Position numbers and translations under genes: made by a program. From positions 582,298 to 646,297 of the forward strand of contig QPMI01000436.1 in NCBI GenBank assembly GCA_004431415.1: DNA of 64,000 bases. The letters run 5' to 3'. Shown here in pieces: positions 57,499 through 64,000 of this stretch (positions are counted from its first letter, which is position 1; each line of letters opens with the position of its first letter). The DNA comes from Cyanophora paradoxa CCMP329. Its lineage: Eukaryota > Plantae > Glaucophyta. The notes beneath the pieces are model-generated. The model made no database searches, was not told the DNA's origin, and saw nothing but the letters and a program-made list of their open reading frames with translations.

Positions 57499-58324
57499 AT
57501 GGCAGACTCTAACGAAATCGATCTCCTCCTCCGAAACTTCGAGCAGATCCAGCGCTACGGCGCCATCCTTCACGACGAGGGGGACCCAGACTTCGACACT
57601 CCGGCACCGTACCCCGCCGCCGCCGCCGCCATCGCCAACTCCTACCTCGGGGCCGGAGAGCGCCCCCGCAAGCGCAACCGCCGCACCCAAGGCCCCAAGG
57701 CGAAGCCGCTGTCCCCTGCGGAAATTGCAGCTCTACCGCCCTCGTTGGTGTTCACCTGGATGGGGATCTGGTTTGCCAAGGCTGCGGTCTGGTCCTGGAT
57801 CTTTATTATCCGGACCATCAACCCTGGCTGTCAGCGAGCTCCACAGCAACTACCTGCGCAAGTACCACGTTTCCGAGCGACTTAAGCAGCACTGCCTGGA
57901 GGATTCTCCGGTACCCGAGGACGTGCTGGCAGCTATTGCGAGGCGCATGGCGGGGAAGGAGTGGAGCAAAGACAATATCCGCCAAGTTCTCCGGCTCTGA
58001 AGCAGCAGAAGTACATCGAGCGCTGGGCGCAGATCAAGTGGCGCATCACGGGCGAGCGCCCGCCTCCGATGAGCGCGGAGGACATGGACCGGGTGCAGGA
58101 GATGTTCGCCCTGGTGGAGGTCCCTTCAGCATGTTCAAGTCGCAGGGCAGGAAGAACATGCTCAACTACAATTACGTTTTCAGGCAGATTTTCGTGCTGC
58201 TGGATTTGCCCCAGCACCTCCCCTTTTTCCCTTGCTCAAGAGCAGGCAGAAACTCTCGGAGTTAGATTCGATTTGGAACAGGATCTGCGAGTACAACGAC
58301 TGGCATTTCTTTCCTACTCTTTAG
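57499..58324 (+). CDS. VLTF3: Viral late transcription factor 3-like protein, frameshifted
   Basis: Zn ribbon DLVCQGCGLVL; YLRKYHVSERLKQ; QKYIERWAQI; RKNMLNYNYVFRQIF...FFPLLKSRQKL..LDSIWNRICEYNDWHFFPTL*. Confidence 0.88.
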
Positions 58325-58331
58325 CTACTCT

Positions 58332-58668
58332 TTAGTGATCGCGGCGGCCTTCCGCTCGAGCGCCTGCTTGATTCCGAAGCTGGCGCTGGTAGCCTTGATT
58401 AGCATGTTCGTCTGCCGTGTGTGAATCCGAGGATGAACATAATTCCGCCGGTGGGGTCGTCGTCGAAGAACTTGAGGGTGAGCACGTATTTCGAGAGCAG
58501 GCCGAGGGAGAGGCCGTTGACGGCGACTTGCGCGGCGAGCTCGGCTGCGTGGCCCGCCCTGTTTTCGCCTTCGTGCGAGGAGAAGGCGGCGTCGATGAGG
58601 GAGCCGGATGCCAGGCCGAGGGCGTACTGCACGATAGCCTGGGAGAGCCCTAGGAGCACCTTTGACAT
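58332..58668 (-). CDS. Small hydrophobic (membrane) viral protein, frameshifted
   Basis: Hydrophobic G/A/L-rich helices, DPTGGIMFILG. Confidence 0.55.
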
Positions 58669-58689
58669 TTTCCTAGCGCCTCGGAAATT

Positions 58690-59052
58690 TTTAAGGGGCG
58701 CGCCTAGGCGTCGGAGTCCTCGTCCTCGGTCTCCTCTGCCTCCTCCTCCGAGCCCGATTCCGAGGTCGCAAAATCGTCCGGGTCGCGCACGTAAATCACC
58801 TGTCTCCCTCTTCGTCTGTCATCTCCTCCGAGCTGGTGTCCTCACTGCCAGCGACTCGGCCGCGGCCTCGTCCGCCGCCTCCGCGGTCAGGCGCTCCCAG
58901 TTAATTCCCAGCGCGTCGCAGATCCTCTCCAGGGCGCTGCTGACCTCGCCGTCGTTAAAGGGCGAGGAGGGGTCGAGGCTCGCCTCCAGGAGGCAGTCGT
59001 AAGCGATGGACTCGACGCGGAAGACGGAGGCGATGTGGGCGCTGGGCGACAT
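58690..59052 (-). CDS. Small acidic viral protein
   Basis: ORF 58819-59052 preceded by TTTTTTCTGAG motif; probably frameshifted 3' part. Confidence 0.5.
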
Positions 59053-59078
59053 GCTTACGCACGAAGCCTCAGAAAAAA

Positions 59079-60144
59079 TCAGGCGAGGCCGCGGTGCTTC
59101 CTGAAATTATCTATCATGCCGAGGAGCGTCTTGTCCACCGTGCCGTCGTCCGGACCCACGAGATTTTCTCCGTTGACGGTTTCGCCCTCCAGTACTCCTT
59201 GGATCCGATGCGGAAGGGGGCGGCTCCTCGGCCTTGTAGACGTACAAAACGTCCAGAGGGTTCGTAGAGTTGTTGGAAGAATCGATGATAAGGCAGTGGT
59301 TATCCTGCGTGTACTTATCGAGCAGGTAGTAGAAGGCGCGCTGGGAGATGATGTCGCCCCACTCCTTTGCGAGGGCCTCGCGCTGCATCGCCTGCGAGCA
59401 CTTGAAAATGACAGCCAGATCAGTATTGGAGCGCAGGACGGGATTGATGCCCTTGGCATACTGCGTCGTGATAAGGGTCATGATTTTGTAGTGGCGCCCC
59501 GCCACGAAGAGCTCGTTGAGGGCCTCGTCGTACCGCAGCCGAGCGTCGGAAATCACGTCGTCGAGCAGCACGAAAAATCGCGGGTCGACGGGATCCTCCT
59601 TTCCCGCGAGCACGTCTTCGGACTTGTTGTGCTGCATGATCGCCTGCTGCCTCCTGAATAAATGGAAGAGCACGCCCGGGTTGTACTTGGGCCAGATGAA
59701 GCGCTGCGGGATGTACTGCTTCCAGTAGCCGTTCAGGCGATCGGTCTGGCTGATCACGATACCCCCCGGGAAGGTGCCGGAGAGGTTGAACATGAGATCG
59801 CGGAGGAAGAAGGACTTGCCCGTGCGCCGCTTGCCGACGCAGACGACCGTGGCGTCGGACTTGACGGTGTTCACGTCGAACCACTTGAGCTCGGGCAGGC
59901 AGGCCATGCGCTCGATGCCTCCCGTCTTCGAGTTGTCGAGGAAGGCGTTGACCTGCTCGGGCGTGAGCTGCTGGCCGTCCTCTGTCATGCCCATGGCGCA
60001 GCTGGCGCCGGCGGCGGGGCCGTGCCCGAGCCCGTGCCGGTGGCCTGGCCGGCGGGGCGGGGCCGCGGGCGCTGCGCCTGCGGGCTGGGCGGGCTGGGGC
60101 TTGGCCGCCTTCGGCTTCTTCGGCTTCTTGGGGTCCTTGGCCAT
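59079..60144 (-). CDS. A32: A32-like (FtsK/HerA) genome-packaging ATPase; frameshift near C-terminus
   Basis: Walker A VGKRRTGKS, Walker B FVLLDDV, GRHYKI, ITTQY, LRSNTD. Confidence 0.93.
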
Positions 60145-60156
60145 TTTACCCCTTCA

Positions 60157-60369
60157 TTCAGATTTTTCGAGGGTGCTCCAGGTCCTCGTAGTCGATACCT
60201 AGCTCCAGGTCCTCGTAGTCGATACCTAGCAGCGCGCAGCCTCTCTAATGCAGCTTTCGAAATCGCTCAGAATGTCTGGAACGCTTTGGCTGTAGTCTGA
60301 GCTGAAGAACTCATCTCGGTAATGTCGATGCACCATCCGGATGAATTTTTCCGCCCAGGCCTCTGCCAT
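60157..60369 (-). CDS. Small acidic protein with 27-bp internal duplication, frameshifted
   Basis: MAEAWAEKFIRMVHRHYRDEFF...LGIDYEDLELGIDYEDLEHPRKI*; duplication at 60175-60228. Confidence 0.45.
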
Positions 60370-60400
60370 CCCCTTCATTCAGATTTTCTTGCGACCCTGG

Positions 60401-60876
60401 ATGAAGATCCTCGGCGTGGATGTGGGGGTCATCAATTTCGCATGGTGCCTCATCGAATTCGATCCGCAGACAAAGGAATCCCAGATTCTCGACTGGCAGA
60501 AGATCGCCCTCTTCCCGTCTGCGCGCTGCTGTGGCCGCCTGGTTGCGCGCCTGGTGGAGGTTACTCGCGGCCATAGCGCCTTCGGCCTTCCCGACCAGAT
60601 CGCGATCGAGGGCCAGAGGACGGGAATCAATCGCTGCATCGAGTGCACGCTCCACGCCCTGCTGTACGGGCGTGCGCGGATCGTGAGCCCGCGCGCCATC
60701 AAGCACTTCTTCAAGATCTCGAACCCGAGCTACAAGGAGCGCAAGCGGGCGCCGTGGACAAGTGCCGCGACCTCGTACCCGCCGAGCTCGCCGACATCGC
60801 GGATCGAAACGGCAAGCTCGACGACCTCTGCGACGCCTACTTAATCGCCCTCTACGCCGCGCTCAATCCGTTGTGA
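60401..60876 (+). CDS. Poxvirus A22/RuvC-like Holliday junction resolvase, one frameshift
   Basis: MKILGVDVGVINFAWC, IAIEGQ, YKERK, KLDDLCDAYLIA catalytic motifs. Confidence 0.9.
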
Positions 60877-61075
60877 TCCATTGTGATTTCTAGGCCCCGC
60901 CGCCAGATGGGATCCTCGTGCCGCAAGCCCAGGTCCCTCTGCTGCGAAATCTGCCGCTGCCCCAGACCAAGCGCGGCTGGGTGCTCAAGGCGGGCGTCTA
61001 CGTCTGCTGCCCCGGTGCGCCGTCCGCTACTACGCACTTTTTTCTGAAGGCTGTCTACACCCGTAGCTAGATCCC

Positions 61076-61400
61076 ATGGAGCACGCCACTACTGCTTCAA
61101 GTGCCGCTCCAACACCAAGCTCGCCAACGTCGAGGTGCGTACCAGCAAGAACAACCGCCAGGTGGCCGTCGCTCCTGCACGCAATGCAGCGGCCGCGTCT
61201 CGCGCTTCATGCGCCGGGTCCTCGAGGAGGGGCCCGGGAGACCAGCCCTCCGCCGCAGCGCCCGCAGGTGACCGACGCCGCTGGCCGGCCGCCGGCTCGA
61301 GCCAGGCACCGGCAGCCCCTACGGCCCGAAGCCCCCGCGGCGCCCGGCAGAAGGCCAAGGCGGCCCCCGCGGAGGGCGACCGAGCCCGCTCGAGGCCCAG
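61076..61400 (+). CDS. DUF5679-like zinc-ribbon protein, frameshifted
   Basis: HYCFKCRSNTKLANVEVRTSKNNRQVAV.SCTQCSGRVSRF. Confidence 0.65.
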
Positions 61401-61677
61401 CCCAAGCGCCAGCGCGCGCCGAGGAAGGCGGCGAGCGAGCCTGCGATTCTTCAGCAGTGATTCGGCGGCGCAACTGCCCTGCCACTGCTTCGTCTGCGAC
61501 TACCCCCCACCTGCTTCCCGGGCCACCTGCAGTTCGGCCACGAGATCTCGGTGGCGCGCGTGGGCGGGCGGGCCCGCCTCGTCTGCAGGCGCTGCGCGCG
61601 CGGCTCTTCGCGGATTTTCGCAGGATCCGCGACAGGGAGCTCACGGGCAGTATTTCTAAGTCCCTCCCAAATTGAGA

Positions 61678-61919
61678 AATGGCCTCCTGCTGTTCGATAG
61701 GGACATGTACCAAATGCAGAACCGATTCGACGGCATCTACCCCGAGCGCATGCCGCAGGAGCAGTTCCCGCCCGCACTGGCGGACCACCGCACGCACGGC
61801 CTGCGCAGGCCCGGGCGGGCAGCTGATGTGACGCCGGGGGCGCGCGGCGGAGCGCGACTGGTCGCCCTCTGGATTATAGCGGGGATCCTGGTGGGGTACC
61901 TCCTCTTCGACCAGTGTAA
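61678..61919 (+). CDS. Small C-terminally anchored membrane protein
   Basis: C-terminal LVALWIIAGILVGYLLF; upstream TATTTCTAAG motif. Confidence 0.5.
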
Positions 61920-62270
61920 TTTCTCAGTGACCCCGTACCCGATGTCTCGATCTATCCCTTATTGGGCCCAATCGATACGCAAATTGAGATGCTGCGCGCT
62001 CGCATGCAGAGCTTACGCTCGAAGAGGATCCACGGATGTACCCGAGATCAAGGCGGGGTGGCCACGCTGCCGACGGATATCGTCGAGACATTCGCGATTG
62101 GTGTACAGACTGCAGGACGAGGTCCGTGCACGGCTCTGGCAAATCGTGATGGGGCAGAGGGCCGCGGCTACCGTAGCTTCGCCGACCAGAGGGACGCGGC
62201 CGAGCGCAGGTGGAGAGGCAGTTCCCGAGACGTCGGGGGCGCCAACCATATTTTTCTGTGATGGGTAAAC

Positions 62271-62534
62271 ATGCCGGAGGCGCAGAAGAAGCCGCGAAAA
62301 AGGCGCCCAGAACGGGCAGAGCGGCCACCAAGGCGGAGTGAAGAGGCGAAGGAGAAGCTGAAGGGCCGCCCGAATTTCCTAGGACCGAAGCCGCTGTACG
62401 AGGACGTCTCGCCGGCGAAATATTCGTGGCGATGCGCCCGACGAAGCAGGGAAGAAGGGGGCGAGAAGAAGGACGGGAAGGAAGACAAGCAAGACGATAA
62501 AATTTCAAAGCCAGCTCCTAAGAAGTGCAAATGA
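62271..62534 (+). CDS. Small lysine-rich viral protein
   Basis: 87-aa ORF, upstream TTTTTCTG motif. Confidence 0.45.
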   Translation: MPEAQKKPRKRRPERAERPPRRSEEAKEKLKGRPNFLGPKPLYEDVSPAKYSWRCARRSREEGGEKKDGKEDKQDDKISKPAPKKCK

Positions 62535-64000
62535 GGGGGCTCGCCTCGCGTTTCGCGCCGCGCAACGTGCTCGCGATCCCGGGGGGCGGGGACTCGCACA
62601 TCACGCCCTTCGAGAGCGACAAGTACGCGCACTTTCAGCAGCTGATGAAGACGGCGCTGGCGAGGGCCACGCCGGAAATTCGGTTCGAGGAGCGCGATCA
62701 ATCGGACAAGCTCGCCGAGGTGGAGGCGCAGGCCATCGCCAACGCGTACTACATCAACAAGTTCCAGCAGATGGAGTCGAGCCTCGACGAGGAGTACGAG
62801 GAGGGCTTCCGCGCCTGGCTGATGGGCCAGTCGGCCTTCACCGCGAACCTGAAGGCCAAGGAGCGGGCGCCTGCGACGTGGACGGCAAGAACCTGACGGT
62901 GCTGCCGGCGTGCGGGAGTTCTGCAAGTCGAAGGAGGATCAGATCACCGAATTCCTGAAGCGCAAGAAGCGCCTCGAGACGCTGGCCCGATGAACCTCGA
63001 GGACGCGTACTACTACTACAAGTACATCATCACACGGCGAGGAGTTCAAGCCCACGAGCATCTACGCGCGCGAGAACAAGAAGCCCGAGGAGCTGATCGG
63101 AGGGAAGTACGACCCCGACTGGACGAACCGCAACACGCGCCAGCCCTTCGCCCAGGCCGAGCCGCCCTCGAGCTCGGACAGCGAGGGGCCGGGGCCGGAC
63201 GAGAGCCGCCAGCGCGACGTACCCAGGGAGAAAAGGCGGGCGAAGAAGCGGATGGACAAGGAACAGTACATCAAGGCCCGCGCGAGCAGAAGGTGCGCAT
63301 CACGGACGGGGACAACGAGGCCATCGAGGCCAGTTTCCCGGAGGCGGCCATGGGCAGAGCAATCAAGGCGGGCAAGGCGCGCGCGAGGCCCTCATTCAGA
63401 AGGCCCTGCCATCCAAGGAACCAGAGACGAAATGATCGAGTCAGACTCCGACAACGAAGGGGGGGCCCCGCCTCCGGGGCCTCCGCCTCCGCGCCTCCGC
63501 CCCCGGGCCGAAGACGCCACCGCTGCAGCCGCAGCCCGGCCCCTCGCAGCCCCGGACACGGTGGCCCGGCCGTCGGCGCCCCAGCGGAGCAGCAGCCCCC
63601 GCCGCCGCCCCCGCCGCCACCCCCGCCGCCGCGAGCCACAGGCGGGGCCCTCGCGCCCGCCAGAGGTGGTGGCGGCCGAGCGGTGGCCGTTGCGGCGGCA
63701 AGGGCCGTGCTCGAGCGGGTGCCCGTCGCCGTCCAGGCTCAACTCGCAAACGGCGGGGATAGAAATCGCCCCCTCGTCCCGCGCGAGATGGAAGCCATGG
63801 ACAAGCGCAGGGCCGCGTACAAGGATACGGGGCGGAGACCCGGTATACGACGATGGACTTAAACGATGCGCTTGAACTGGCCGCCAAGAAGGTGAAAGAG
63901 GCGACAGAAGCTCGCCGTGCGGGGCTGCTGAAGAAAATTCGCTCGGTGCTCCAGGCAATCCAGCCAGTCCAGACGATCCCATGGACGAGGAGGCGGAAGC
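62531..64000 (+). CDS. Viral hypothetical protein, frameshifted, runs off the window
   Basis: Ordered N-terminal part (FRAWLMGQS...LTVLPGVREF...PMNLEDAYYYYKYII) followed by a Pro/acidic low-complexity region. Confidence 0.6.

Larger units (their letters stand above)
39198..64000. mobile_element. Endogenous small Nucleocytoviricota-related DNA virus (Mriyavirus/Yaravirus-like), truncated by the window end
   Basis: Abrupt switch to compact, intron-poor genes. A32 ATPase, VLTF3, A22/RuvC, two HUH Reps and fibre proteins co-occur, with a shared upstream motif. The left boundary is approximate. Confidence 0.85.

Noticed and set aside
39198-64000. Polinton, virophage or bacteriophage prophage call
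   Set aside because: No pPolB, rve integrase, terminase or portal is seen. VLTF3, A22-like RuvC, A32 and HUH fit small Nucleocytoviricota relatives better.

Overview
GC-rich, intron-dense eukaryotic DNA (1 to about 39.2 kb) joined to an intron-poor, gene-dense endogenous DNA virus (about 39.2 kb to the window end, running off the right edge). The host is probably a glaucophyte-type alga, inferred from the MSSFVSPVP transit-peptide start of a MutS2 gene. The host part holds an LRR plus coiled-coil/RING locus, four short hAT-type elements with 8-bp TSDs, a CxxC-module multi-exon gene, a plastid-type MutS2 gene, a duplicated MutS2 KOW-Smr 3' half and several uncharacterised spliced genes. Its introns often contain duplicated splice junctions. 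The viral part encodes an A32-like packaging ATPase, a VLTF3-like factor, an A22/RuvC-like resolvase, two tandem HUH Rep-like proteins, an HNH protein, a possible penton and three fibre-like proteins. This gene set fits small relatives of Nucleocytoviricota (Mriyaviricetes/Yaravirus-like). A shared upstream motif precedes most viral genes, and three (GGGACTT)n arrays sit near the left end. Most viral genes are frameshifted. No major capsid protein, helicase, DNA polymerase or integrase is visible in the window. All calls come from motif reading; no database search was run.
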